A stretch of 64,000 bases of DNA from Candidatus Lustribacter sp. (GCA_965277805.1 OZ255842.1:4672001-4736000); one strand, 5' to 3'. Counted from the stretch's first letter, positions 40,270 through 50,080 are shown. Notes: generated from the letters alone by a model not told the origin. Made by a program: numbers and translations.

Positions 40270-40985
40270 GAAATGCCGGCAGCATCGCGCTGACGTGCGA
40301 TGCGAGCGCGGGCCGCACGCGTCTGGCGACGATTCGTTGCGAGGGGCTCTCGCGCACGAGTCGCGCCTTCGCCGCGCCGCGCGGCGCGATTCGCCTCATG
40401 CTCTCGGCGCTCGGCCCCGGCGTACTGGCCGGCGACCATTTCAGCATCGACGGGGCGCTCGCGGAACGAGCGTCGCTCACCGCATTCGGTCAGATGGCGA
40501 CGCCGGTGTTTGCCGGCGCAGATGTGTCGCAAACGCGCGCGGTCTGGCACGTGGCCGACGGCGCAACGCTCGTCGTTGCGAGCGAACCGCTGCTGCTCGA
40601 ACCCGGTAGCGAGCACGCCGCCGGCGCCTCATTCGCGGTCGAAGGCAGCGGCAGCGCGATCGTGATCGACACGTTCGGCTTGCGCGGTTCGGCGCGGCTG
40701 TCGATGCGCACGCGGGCGACGCTCGACGGGCGCCTCGCGTACCGCGACGCGTACGACATCGCGAGCGGCCTCGACGGCGCATTCGGCACCGTTACGCTGA
40801 TCGCGGCGGCTGCCGATGCGCGCGACGCGTTCCTCGCGCGTGCATCCGCGGTTGCGGCAAACGCGAACGAGGTGCGCATCGGATGCGGCGAGACGGCCGG
40901 TGCCGCGATCGTTCGTTTGCACGGTGCGCGCGTGTGGGACGTGCGCGCCGCGGCCTTGCGCATCGCCGGCGCTACGGGGCCGTGA
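40266..40985 (+). CDS. ureD: urease accessory protein UreD/UreH (divergent)
   Basis: G.LAGD and Q.AT.V motifs. Last gene of the ure operon, with GTGA overlap. Confidence 0.8.
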   Translation: MRNAGSIALTCDASAGRTRLATIRCEGLSRTSRAFAAPRGAIRLMLSALGPGVLAGDHFSIDGALAERASLTAFGQMATPVFAGADVSQTRAVWHVADGATLVVASEPLLLEPGSEHAAGASFAVEGSGSAIVIDTFGLRGSARLSMRTRATLDGRLAYRDAYDIASGLDGAFGTVTLIAAAADARDAFLARASAVAANANEVRIGCGETAGAAIVRLHGARVWDVRAAALRIAGATGP

Positions 40986-41520
40986 TTTCCCGCGTGTCGC
41001 GTTCGAGCGCGGCGTACTCGCGGTCCCACGCACCGCTCTCGATGTGACGCTTCGCGCGCATTGCCAGATGCTCGAATGCGCGCCCGGTGTACGGACCGAG
41101 CGCAACGCGGCGCAGTTCGATCGCCGGGCGCAAGTGATCCCACATGTCGCTGAACGTGTCGGCGTACTCGGCCAGCACCAGGCTTTCCGCCACGCCGCCC
41201 TTGGAGATCAGCACGGAGATGTGCTCGAGAAAGCGCAGCGTTTCGCCCATCTGGCGGAATTCTTCGGGGACGAACTTCGGATCGGTCAATTGGGTGCGGT
41301 AGGCGGGGTCGGTGCGCACGCGCTCGGCCACGGCCCGAAGATTTTCACGCGCAGCGGTCGTGCCCGGCGAGTCCATGAAATCGATCAGTCGCAGGTAGAT
41401 GACCATTTCGTTGGCATTGCGGTTGTGCCGTAATTGACGGAACGCCGCGACCGCCGTTACGGCGACGATGATCGCGGTGATGATGGCCGCAATGGCGGCA
41501 GCCCACCCCGAGTCCAACAA
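40972..41520 (-). CDS. N-terminally membrane-anchored hypothetical protein (DUF4760-like)
   Basis: One TM helix followed by A.RQL, L.F.E.....I..G, FE.LA, the DUF4760-type pattern. Confidence 0.65.
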   Translation of the reverse strand: MLDSGWAAAIAAIITAIIVAVTAVAAFRQLRHNRNANEMVIYLRLIDFMDSPGTTAARENLRAVAERVRTDPAYRTQLTDPKFVPEEFRQMGETLRFLEHISVLISKGGVAESLVLAEYADTFSDMWDHLRPAIELRRVALGPYTGRAFEHLAMRAKRHIESGAWDREYAALERDTREITAP

Positions 41521-41580
41521 TGCTTGCCTAACTTAGAGAGAGACGAGGTCCACGCACCCCTTCCCGTGGAACGCATCCAG

Positions 41581-42849
41581 GTGCTGCTTCAACAACGCCG
41601 GTTCATTTCTATTGGGATGTTTTTGGCCGTTGCGGCCATCGCCGGATGCGCGGGCGGCAGCACTTCAGGTCCGGTTCCCTCGGCCACGGCCACGGCCAGC
41701 CCGGGCTCGGCGAACACCACGCTCGTGGCGATCCCCACCACACCAGGCAACGTTGCGTTGACGGCCATTGCCGGAATTACGCCCGGCTTTGCGATCGGTT
41801 CCGGCGCACCGGCGAACCTGACGGCGACCATGACCGAGAGCGCGACCGCACCGTCGGGCGCGCCGACCTTGTCGGTGGCGCGCAAGACGCAGTCCGCAAC
41901 CGACGGCATCACGCCGTTTCTCTACGTCACGGCGACGTTCTCGGCCAACGTTCCCTCGGGCGTCGTCCTCTCGGAACTGCTGCAGCTTTCGAACGCGCTG
42001 CCGGCCAACGCCGACTACTTCTGCGCGATCACCGACCTCACGGCCAACTCGCAGACCGTCACCTTCGGGCCCGCCGTGCCGGCGAACGGCTTTGTGACGA
42101 TCCCCAACGGCACCGCGACGGGCACGACGAACGCGGCGCCGAGCACTCCGTCGTTCCAGGGCGGCCACACCTACCTCTTCGAGTTCTACGAACTGCCGGT
42201 CTCATCGGCCACGCCGACCCCCTCGCCGAGCCCGACGGCCGGCGGTTCGGCCTCGCCGAGTCCGTCCCCGAGCGCTACCGCCAGCAGCAGCGCGGCCCCG
42301 ACGCCGACCGCGACCGCCACGAGCGCCGGAACGGCGACGGCGCCGCCGGTTTTCACCTTCACCGGCCCGAGCGCAACGAGCGCCCCGGTCACCCCGCCGA
42401 ACGCTCCGCCCGCGTTCTCCGTCGGCGGATCCGGCTACGGCAGCCACAGCGCGCAGGTCTCGATTTCGCTCGGCGCCGCGACCACCTCAGGCGCTTACAG
42501 CATGACGGCGGAACTCGGCAGCGTCGGCGACATCACCTCGAACAACTTCCCGTTCTACACCGGCAGCGCGGCGACGCCGCTGTTCTACGTCCAGCTCGAG
42601 CCGACCGCATCCGTGACGTTCTCCCAGACCCCGGCCATCACGGTGAACGTGAACAGCTTCGGCAGCAGCAACACCTGCAGTCTCTTCATCTACGCGAACA
42701 CCGGTGGGTCGTCGTACCAGTGGCTCCAAGTCCCCAACACGATCGTGAACGTCAGCGGCACCCAGGTGGTGATCCCGGCGGCCTCGGCGCCCGGCGTGAC
42801 CCTGCAATACTTGCCGACGCAGTCGCAGGTCGGGTTCATCGGCTGTTAG
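41581..42849 (+). CDS. secreted Ser/Thr/Pro-rich lipoprotein, two beta-rich domains joined by a PT/PS linker
   Basis: Basic N-region, hydrophobic core, lipobox AIAGC, central SATPTPSPSPT linker. Confidence 0.75.
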   Translation: MLLQQRRFISIGMFLAVAAIAGCAGGSTSGPVPSATATASPGSANTTLVAIPTTPGNVALTAIAGITPGFAIGSGAPANLTATMTESATAPSGAPTLSVARKTQSATDGITPFLYVTATFSANVPSGVVLSELLQLSNALPANADYFCAITDLTANSQTVTFGPAVPANGFVTIPNGTATGTTNAAPSTPSFQGGHTYLFEFYELPVSSATPTPSPSPTAGGSASPSPSPSATASSSAAPTPTATATSAGTATAPPVFTFTGPSATSAPVTPPNAPPAFSVGGSGYGSHSAQVSISLGAATTSGAYSMTAELGSVGDITSNNFPFYTGSAATPLFYVQLEPTASVTFSQTPAITVNVNSFGSSNTCSLFIYANTGGSSYQWLQVPNTIVNVSGTQVVIPAASAPGVTLQYLPTQSQVGFIGC

Positions 42850-42929
42850 CCCGGCAAGCCCGGCGCGGCTGAAGGCGTCCCCTCGCTAAATGCTCAAAAA
42901 GTGAAGATGTTCATGTGCGAGGGGCAGCG

Positions 42930-44423
42930 TTGGCAGTAGCACTCGGGACGGAGCCGTTCATCGACGTGGTCCGCCGCGTGGCGGCGCAGCGCGGCGACGC
43001 GCTCGCGGTCGACGAGCTCAGCTACAGCGAGCTGTGGAGTCAGACGGGCCGCATCGCCGGTAAGCTCGCTGCGCGCGGTGTCGTACGCGGCGACCGGGTC
43101 GCCATCTATTCCGAGAACCGGCGCGGGTTCGTGCTCGCCTATTTGGCGCTGCTGCGCCTGGGCGCGATCGCGGTGCCGACCAACGTGCTCTACCGCGCCG
43201 CCGACCTCGGGAACATTCTCAGCGATGCCACGCCGCGCGTCGTCGTGGGCTCTGCACAAACCCGGCCCCACGTGCCCGCCGACGTCCCGTTCGTCGATGC
43301 GGCCGAGATCGAAGCGTGGGCGAAGGACACGACGCTGCCGTCGTCGTTCGATGACGTCGCGGTCGCGCCCGACGACGTCGCGGTCATGATCTACACGAGC
43401 GGCACGACAGGCCGCGCCAAGGGCGCGCTGATCACGCACGGCAACCTCTCCGCCATCGCCGCCCAAGTCGGCGCGGCGTGGCACTGGACGAGCGCTGATA
43501 CGCTGCTGATCACGCTTCCGCTCTTCCACGTGCACGGGCTGTGTGCGGGACTCAACGGCACGCTCGCGGCCGGCGCGCACGCGATCATTCATGAGCGGTT
43601 CGACGTCAACGAAGTGGTGAAGCTCTTGCAGTCGGGGACGGTGACGCTGTTCTTCGGCGTGCCGACCATGTACGTGCGCTTCATCGAGAAGATCCCGCCG
43701 CAGAAGTTTCCGCACGTGCGGCTGTTCGTGTCGGGATCGGCCGCGCTTCCCGCCGACGTGCACCAAGCGTTCGAAGAGAAGTTCGGCGCGTCGATTCTCG
43801 AGCGCTACGGTTCGACCGAATTCGGCTTTCCGCTGGGCAACCGCTACGAGGGCCCCCGCGTCGTCGGCAGCGTGGGCGTGCCGATGCCGGGCGTCGAGGT
43901 GACGATCGTTGCGCCGAAGACGACCGATCGGGTCGCGCCGGGTGAGGTCGGCGAACTGCTCGTTTCCGGCCCCAATGTGTGTCACGGCTATTGGGACCGT
44001 CCCGAAGCGATGGCCGATGCGTTCGTCGATTTCGACGGGCGGCGCTGGTTCCGCTCGGGCGATTCGATGCGCTTTGATCCCGAAGCCGGCGTCTACATCG
44101 TGATGGGCCGGCTCAAGGAGCTGATCATCAGCGGCGGCTTCAACGTGTATCCGTTGGAAGTCGAAGCCGAAATGCGCCTCTATCCGGGCGTGCGCGATGC
44201 GGCGCTGGTGGGCGTGCACGACGCGGCGCGCGGTGAGATTCCGGTGGCGTTCATCGAAGCCGACCCGGGCTTCGATTCCGACGCGTTCGTGGCTGCAATG
44301 CGCGAGCGGCTGGCAAGTTTCAAACTCCCGAAATCCGTCCGGGTCGTCGATGCGCTGCCGCGTAACGCGATGGGCAAAGTCGAGAAGCAACGTTTGAAAG
44401 CGAGTGTAGAGGAGAAGCCGTGA
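42930..44423 (+). CDS. acyl-CoA synthetase, malonyl-CoA synthetase (MatB)-like
   Basis: IYTSGTTGRAKGA, LPLFHVHGL, FFGVPTMY, RLFVSGSAAL, ILERYG.TE, GSVG, LPRNAMGKV.K. TTG 42930 follows SD GAGGGG (track start 42915). Confidence 0.85.
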   Translation: MAVALGTEPFIDVVRRVAAQRGDALAVDELSYSELWSQTGRIAGKLAARGVVRGDRVAIYSENRRGFVLAYLALLRLGAIAVPTNVLYRAADLGNILSDATPRVVVGSAQTRPHVPADVPFVDAAEIEAWAKDTTLPSSFDDVAVAPDDVAVMIYTSGTTGRAKGALITHGNLSAIAAQVGAAWHWTSADTLLITLPLFHVHGLCAGLNGTLAAGAHAIIHERFDVNEVVKLLQSGTVTLFFGVPTMYVRFIEKIPPQKFPHVRLFVSGSAALPADVHQAFEEKFGASILERYGSTEFGFPLGNRYEGPRVVGSVGVPMPGVEVTIVAPKTTDRVAPGEVGELLVSGPNVCHGYWDRPEAMADAFVDFDGRRWFRSGDSMRFDPEAGVYIVMGRLKELIISGGFNVYPLEVEAEMRLYPGVRDAALVGVHDAARGEIPVAFIEADPGFDSDAFVAAMRERLASFKLPKSVRVVDALPRNAMGKVEKQRLKASVEEKP

Positions 44424-45013
44424 GTACCGATCAGGCTGGTGCAAACGAGTACGACGCGTCGGTACGCGAGTATCACGCGTCGCGTGCGCGTTACATCCGC
44501 ACGGTGACCACCGACACCGAGAAGAAGCTGATGGAGACGGTCGCCAAACGCCGCGACCCGCTCAAGGAAGAGATCAACAACCTGCAGGCCCTCGCGCGGG
44601 CGCGCTACGAGGCGCGCCAAACGACGTTGAAGGCCTACGCGGCGAAAGCACCCGGCCGCGTGAGCTCCGGCGGCCTGCTGCCGCCGTCGGCGGCAGAACG
44701 CATGGTCGGCGGCATCGATAAGCTCTATAAGGCTGCGGTCAAAGCGGCCGAAGAGTTCAACGAAGTCAACGAGATCATCAAGAAGCGCAAAGAAAAGCTC
44801 GATTCGATCGACAACGAAGTGCGCACCGTACTCGAGCAGCACGGACGCGATCTGATCGCGCAGCTCGAAACGCCGACCGGCTTGGAAGGCGCATTCAAGC
44901 GCGACCCGTTGCTCGAACGTGCTCACTCACGCATGGTTGCCGCCGAAGCGCGGCGCGAATCGGTGCTCGGGGCGACGCTACCGGTGCTGGAGGCGCCGCC
45001 GAGTGGCGGATAA
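44420..45013 (+). CDS. hypothetical alpha-helical coiled-coil protein (paralog A)
   Basis: SD GAGGAG, GTGA overlap with the ligase, charged heptad pattern. Aligns with the next gene. Confidence 0.8.
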   Translation: MSTDQAGANEYDASVREYHASRARYIRTVTTDTEKKLMETVAKRRDPLKEEINNLQALARARYEARQTTLKAYAAKAPGRVSSGGLLPPSAAERMVGGIDKLYKAAVKAAEEFNEVNEIIKKRKEKLDSIDNEVRTVLEQHGRDLIAQLETPTGLEGAFKRDPLLERAHSRMVAAEARRESVLGATLPVLEAPPSGG

Positions 45014-45608
45014 ATCGGGCGAATTCGGCGAGTTGTTACCGGGTCAAGCCGGTTTCGACGAGGCGATCGCTCAAGGGCAATACGATTTCGCCAAGACGCG
45101 GTTCGTGCGCACGCTCACCGGCGACGGTGTCGCCCGGGTCGTAGAGCACGCCGCCGCGCGACGCGCGAAACTGCGGGCGGAAATCGATAACTTGCGCGCG
45201 CTCGTGCGCGCGCGCCACGAAGCGGCGGTCGAGCACGCGCGCGCATACGGCGAGATCTTGCCGCACCGCGTCGGCAAGACCTGGATTCAACCACCGGGTC
45301 AAATGGAAAAGGTCGGCTCCGCGCACGGCGCCGACCGCTTCTACAAGCGCGCCGAAAAAGCGGCGAAAGAATATGTGGAAGTGCGCGACATCTTGGTGAA
45401 GCGCCGCGAACAGCTCGTCAAGATGGAAGAAGATCTCCGCGTTGCGCTCGACACCCGCGAAGCCGCGTTGATCCGGCAAATGGAGTCACCGCGCGGCCTG
45501 CAGTCGGCGCTGCAGCGCGATCCGCTGCTCAACGTTGCGTATCAGAAGTTGAAAGCGCTGCGTGAGGAACTCCAGACGCCGCCGGCCGACGGACTCGGCG
45601 ATCTCTAG
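45003..45608 (+). CDS. hypothetical alpha-helical coiled-coil protein (paralog B)
   Basis: GTG 45003 after GGAGG. Shares EI.NL.AL.RAR.EA, YK.A.KAA.E, KR.E.L and LI.Q.E.P.GL..A..RDPLL with paralog A. Confidence 0.8.
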   Translation: MADKSGEFGELLPGQAGFDEAIAQGQYDFAKTRFVRTLTGDGVARVVEHAAARRAKLRAEIDNLRALVRARHEAAVEHARAYGEILPHRVGKTWIQPPGQMEKVGSAHGADRFYKRAEKAAKEYVEVRDILVKRREQLVKMEEDLRVALDTREAALIRQMESPRGLQSALQRDPLLNVAYQKLKALREELQTPPADGLGDL

Positions 45609-46037
45609 GTGGATTCACGTTCCGTGAGTCCTTCGCGTTTGGGCTTCGGCCAAAGCGCCGGCGGTGCGTACATCCGCACCGGCCTCGGCGTTGCCTCCGC
45701 CGTAATCCTCACGTTCTTCGCGATGCAGATCTTCTACGATCAGAAGATCAATCTGCCGTACAAGATCACGGTGATCGTGGTGATCGCCGTCATCGGAATC
45801 GCCGGCATCGCCGCGCTGCTGAGCCCCGAACCCGAGGAACCTGTCGTAACCGAGAAGCTGTACACCGCCGATGAAGTGGCGGCGCTGCTGGCCGCGGTGC
45901 AGTCGGGCCGGCTCGTCGCGGCCGCACCGGTCACGTGCAAATTTTGCGGCGCAGCCGACCCCGACTCAACCGGCGTCGACGGATCCCGCTACCACGCCCA
46001 CTGCTTCCAAACCGCCTACAGCATCGGCAAAACCTAG
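45609..46037 (+). CDS. two-TM membrane protein with C-terminal CxxC...HxxC zinc finger
   Basis: Two hydrophobic helices, then CKFC and YHAHC. Abuts the upstream stop. Confidence 0.75.
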   Translation: MDSRSVSPSRLGFGQSAGGAYIRTGLGVASAVILTFFAMQIFYDQKINLPYKITVIVVIAVIGIAGIAALLSPEPEEPVVTEKLYTADEVAALLAAVQSGRLVAAAPVTCKFCGAADPDSTGVDGSRYHAHCFQTAYSIGKT

Positions 46038-46126
46038 TCAACGCTGGCTGCATTTCTCCGATGTCATGTCACATGTGATGTCTTATATCATAGTCAAAAA
46101 AAGTTAGGGTAACGACACCGGCCGGT

Positions 46127-46726
46127 TTAGCCGAAGGCGGGTTCTTCGGCTCCGGCCGGTAGCGGGGTGCGCCACACGCGCAGGCCGAGGGCGAGCAAGT
46201 CGTAGTAGCCCACCAGCGCGATCAGTTCCATCAGCACGCGCTCGCCCAGCGTTTTCACCGCGCCCGCATAGGCGATGTCGTCGAGGTCGCGGTCGCGCAC
46301 GAGTGTGCCGACGAGTTTGCGCACCAGCGTTTCGCTCGCATCGAGCGTCGGCGCGGGTGCCCCGTCGCGCAGCGCGGCGAGCTCGTCATCGGTGAGTCCG
46401 GCCTGCTTCCCGACGCGCTCGTGCGCGTACCACTCGAACGCCGCGCGGCGCAACACCGAAAGCTCGAGGATCGCGATCTCGCGGCTGCGTGCGGTGAGGC
46501 TCGAACGATAGCGGATCGCGGCACCGAGTTCTTGCAACGCCGAACCGACTTCGGGGCTGAGCAGCATCGCGTTGAACGGGCCGTTGAGCCGCCCGTCTTC
46601 GTCGGTTAGCGGAAACGGGCGCGACACTTGCGCGCGCGGGCCGCCGGTGATCGCATCGTAGAGCGCGCGGGCATCGGGATCGAGTTCGTCCGGCGTAAAC
46701 CAGGGCAGCCGTCCGTGTTTGGTCAC
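46127..46726 (-). CDS. carboxymuconolactone decarboxylase/AhpD-like protein
   Basis: GPFNAMLLSP, R.REIAIL, FEW.AH, ELIALVGYY. Coupled to the Rieske gene. Confidence 0.85.
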   Translation of the reverse strand: MTKHGRLPWFTPDELDPDARALYDAITGGPRAQVSRPFPLTDEDGRLNGPFNAMLLSPEVGSALQELGAAIRYRSSLTARSREIAILELSVLRRAAFEWYAHERVGKQAGLTDDELAALRDGAPAPTLDASETLVRKLVGTLVRDRDLDDIAYAGAVKTLGERVLMELIALVGYYDLLALGLRVWRTPLPAGAEEPAFG

Positions 46727-47952
46727 TACGACACCAGATCGTTGACGCACTCGCGCCAGTCGACGTCGCCCGGATGAAACACGCCTTGGCCGGTGATGCG
46801 CCGGTACGGTTCGTGGCCCGAAGCGCCGCGCGGGACGTTGCCGCGTTCTTGCTCGTGAATCGCCTCGAGGAAAATGCGCCGGAAGCGCGCGACCGCAGCG
46901 TCGCTCGAGCCGAGGTATTCGCCGGTGCGATCGGCGATCGGTCCCATCGTTTCGGCCACGATCATGTCTTCGGTCAACAGGTTGTTGATGCCGGTCATGT
47001 GGCCGTGCGCCATCTTCGCGCGATCCTGACCCATCAGCGGTTCGTCGATCACTTCGAGGTACTCATCGTTCCACACCGTCCAGCGTGCTTCTTCATACGA
47101 GATCGGACGGCCGGGATGCCAGCTGATGTACCACACGATCGTCGTCACGTCGTCGACCGGCGTTTGGTGAACGACGAAGCGCGGCATGTCGTCGTACTCC
47201 GCCGTTCCGGGCGCCGTGGGCCGCGGGATGAACTCCCAGCTCGGCATGACGAATTCGGTGATGCGCGTGTAGCGTTTGTCATCGCTCAGCTTACGCGTCG
47301 CCGCGACGTGCATTCCCCACGGGGTCGTCTCAACGTCGAAGCGCGGCGCGCGATCGGCGCTCGCGAGCGGCGCGAGCGAGTTGGTTGCCGCGGAGGCGTG
47401 CAAGTGCGAGATGTGCGCCGAATCGAGTTGGCCCTCGGCCAGCTGAACCCAGTTGCAGCGGCCGGGAACTTCGGCGATCTGGATGTGATCGAGCGGCAGC
47501 GCGGTGAACTCGAAGTCGGGAAACTGCGGCGCATCGCCGGGCCCGATATACGCCCAGATCAGATTACTGCTCTCGCGCACGGCGACGCGGCGCGTGCGGA
47601 CTTTGTTCACGAACGCGACGCGGTCGGCGGGCTCCGACGGCGCCTCGACGACGCGGCCGTCGAGATCGAGTTTCCAGCCGTGGAAGAGACAGCGCAGGCC
47701 GCAATCTTCGTTGCGGGCCAAAACGAGCGACGCGCGGCGATGCGGGCACAGCTCTTCCATCATGCCGACGCGGCCGTCTTCACTGCGGAACGCCACGAAG
47801 TTCTCGCCCAGTAAGCGCACCTTGCGCGGGGCGCCGCCGGGTTCGAGTTTATCGGCCTTCAATACCGGATACCAGTAACGCCGGAGCAGCGAGCCCCCGA
47901 GCGTTTCCGGTCCGACGCGCGTGATCAGTTCGTTCTCTTCTTTGCTCAACAT
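46726..47952 (-). CDS. Rieske non-heme iron oxygenase alpha subunit (phthalate dioxygenase/LigXa-like)
   Basis: MLS.EENE..TRVGP.T, LRRYW.P, CPHRRASL, CLFHGW, EG..D..H..HLH, ED. Start ATG 47952. Confidence 0.92.
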   Translation of the reverse strand: MLSKEENELITRVGPETLGGSLLRRYWYPVLKADKLEPGGAPRKVRLLGENFVAFRSEDGRVGMMEELCPHRRASLVLARNEDCGLRCLFHGWKLDLDGRVVEAPSEPADRVAFVNKVRTRRVAVRESSNLIWAYIGPGDAPQFPDFEFTALPLDHIQIAEVPGRCNWVQLAEGQLDSAHISHLHASAATNSLAPLASADRAPRFDVETTPWGMHVAATRKLSDDKRYTRITEFVMPSWEFIPRPTAPGTAEYDDMPRFVVHQTPVDDVTTIVWYISWHPGRPISYEEARWTVWNDEYLEVIDEPLMGQDRAKMAHGHMTGINNLLTEDMIVAETMGPIADRTGEYLGSSDAAVARFRRIFLEAIHEQERGNVPRGASGHEPYRRITGQGVFHPGDVDWRECVNDLVS

Positions 47953-48011
47953 GATGAGACGCTCCGGTGGCCGGCAGAATGGCGCGGCTCGTTTCCATGG
48001 AATGGTGTGGT

Positions 48012-48992
48012 ATGAAAAACCTTTCCTGCCGCTCGGTTGATCGTCGTGGTGCCCTTGCGCTGCTCGGTGCTGCCGCAACGATCCCGATGCTGCGCGCGCC
48101 GGCCACCGCGCAGAGCAGCGCGATGACGATCCGCGTCGCCTACATCCCGTTCGAAGCGAGCGCGCAGCTGTTCTACGCGCAGGAGCTGGGTTTGTGGAGC
48201 AAGGCGGGTCTCACGGTCCAAATGCAGCCCAATCCGTTCGGTGCGGCGATCGCCGCGGCGGTCGCATCGAACGCGGTCGACGTCGGTTACGCCACCGTCA
48301 TGACGCTCGCATCGGCGCACGCGAAGAAGATTCCGTTTACGATCATCGCGCCGGCCAACGCGTTCGACGTCTCGCAACCGCCCGGCGGCATGTTGATGAG
48401 CGCGAACAAGAACGTGCGCAAGGGCGTAGATCTCAACGGCAAGCTGATCGGCACCCCGGGCCTCAACACGCTCGGCGAGTACGGCGTGCGCGCGTGGGTC
48501 GACGCGGGCGGCGGCGACGCATCGACGCTGAAGTTTGTCGAGCTGCCGTTCTCGGAGATGCCGGCCGCGCTCGCCAGCGGGCGCATCGACGCGGCCTTCG
48601 TGGCCGAGCCGTTCTTGACCGACGCGAAGAAAACGTCGCACACCGTCGGCATCGAGTTCGACGCAATCGCGAACTCGTTTCTCGTGGCGGGCTGGTTTAC
48701 GACCAGCGACTGGGCGAAGTCGCACGCGCGCGCGGTGCAGCTCTTCGCGCAGTCGATGCGCCATGCGTCCGATTGGGCGCTGAAGAATCCGAGCAAGTGC
48801 CCCGACATCCTCGCGAAGTATCTCAAAGTCGATGCGGCGCAAGTCGCAGCCACGCCGCGGACGTATTTTGCGCGCACGCTCGACCCGGCCCAGGTTCAGA
48901 CGGGCATCGACCTCACGGCCAAGTACGCGAAGTTCGAGACGTTCCCGGCGTCGGAACTCATCTACGCGCCGGCTCGCCGACGTTTGCTTTAA
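48012..48992 (+). CDS. ABC substrate-binding protein, NMT1/SsuA-like (possible Tat signal)
   Basis: DRRGAL twin-Arg-like signal, DLNGK.IG, AALASGRIDAA...EPF. Confidence 0.82.
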   Translation: MKNLSCRSVDRRGALALLGAAATIPMLRAPATAQSSAMTIRVAYIPFEASAQLFYAQELGLWSKAGLTVQMQPNPFGAAIAAAVASNAVDVGYATVMTLASAHAKKIPFTIIAPANAFDVSQPPGGMLMSANKNVRKGVDLNGKLIGTPGLNTLGEYGVRAWVDAGGGDASTLKFVELPFSEMPAALASGRIDAAFVAEPFLTDAKKTSHTVGIEFDAIANSFLVAGWFTTSDWAKSHARAVQLFAQSMRHASDWALKNPSKCPDILAKYLKVDAAQVAATPRTYFARTLDPAQVQTGIDLTAKYAKFETFPASELIYAPARRRLL

Positions 48993-50028
48993 CCTCGGTC
49001 GCGAAGAGTTCCATCGACCGCATGGCGTCCTTGAGCGTCATATTTCCGAACATGAAGTAGCAAATCAGGTAGTTGATGCCGAGCGCTTCGATCTGCGCTT
49101 CGATCGCGGCGCGCACGGTCGCCGGCGAACCGGCGATCGTTGAGCCGTCGGCGACCGCGATGTCGTAATCGCCTTTGGACGGCGGATCGACGTAGCCGGG
49201 GCGGCTCTTCATGTCGGTGCGGCGCAGCGCTTCGCGGCGCAAGAACATCTGGTTGTTGTAGATGTGCTCGTGCGCGGGCTTCGCGATGCGGTGCGCTTCT
49301 TCGTCGGTGTCGGCGACGACGACTTGACGGCTGATCCCGATCGCGCCGCCGCCCGGAAATTCCGCATGGGGCGTTTCGACGCCGGTGCCGCGCGCGGCCA
49401 GCGCGGCGCGATAGGCGGCGATATTTTCTTTGGCGCGTTCGGTGCCGCCGTTGGAGGCGAAGTGCAATCCGCGTTCGCCCGCCCACTGCGAGCCGACCAC
49501 GTTCGATGAACCGTACCACATCGCCGGATGCGGCTGCTGCAGCGGGCGCAGGATCATCGGCACGTCATCGTAGTTGTAGAATTCACCGTGATAGGTGAGG
49601 CGGTCGTGGGTGAGGCCTTCGATCAAGCAGTCGTAGGCGTCGATGAAGATCTCGCGCGACTTCTCCGCGTCGACCTTATGAAAGTTCAGTTCGTAGGGCG
49701 AGACGCCGCGTCCGACGCCAACCTCCATGCGGCCGTGGCTGAGATGATCGAGGATCGAGATCTCTTCGATCAGCCGCAAGGGCGAATACAGCGGGAGCAA
49801 ATAGACCATCGGACCCATGCGGATGCGTTTGGTCGCGCGCGCGACGGCGCCCAGGAACGTGCCGGGGACGGGGATCGTGTTGAGCGGCGTCGCGTGATGT
49901 TCGGCCACATGATAGGCGTAGAAGCCCAGCTCGTCGGCGGCGGCGACGAGTTGCAGGCGCTCATCGTACTGCTGGGCCAACGGCCGGTCGCCGGCGAGGT
50001 CGATGTGGTCGAAGAGTCCGAACTGCAA
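48958..50028 (-). CDS. LLM-class flavin-dependent oxidoreductase
   Basis: TTG 50028 after SD GGAGGA, QFGLFDH, AEHH.TP, GR.EVGVGRG, QQPHP..WYG. Same subfamily as 22817-23848. Confidence 0.9.
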   Translation of the reverse strand: MQFGLFDHIDLAGDRPLAQQYDERLQLVAAADELGFYAYHVAEHHATPLNTIPVPGTFLGAVARATKRIRMGPMVYLLPLYSPLRLIEEISILDHLSHGRMEVGVGRGVSPYELNFHKVDAEKSREIFIDAYDCLIEGLTHDRLTYHGEFYNYDDVPMILRPLQQPHPAMWYGSSNVVGSQWAGERGLHFASNGGTERAKENIAAYRAALAARGTGVETPHAEFPGGGAIGISRQVVVADTDEEAHRIAKPAHEHIYNNQMFLRREALRRTDMKSRPGYVDPPSKGDYDIAVADGSTIAGSPATVRAAIEAQIEALGINYLICYFMFGNMTLKDAMRSMELFATEVKANVGEPARR

Positions 50029-50080
50029 GGTATCCTCCGGGAAATGCGAACCAACGCGAAAACTGCTTGCGGAGGTTCCT

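Noticed and set aside
42200-42350. DNA tandem repeat in the lipoprotein gene
   Set aside because: A low-complexity Pro/Ser/Thr linker with varied codons, not a true nucleotide repeat.
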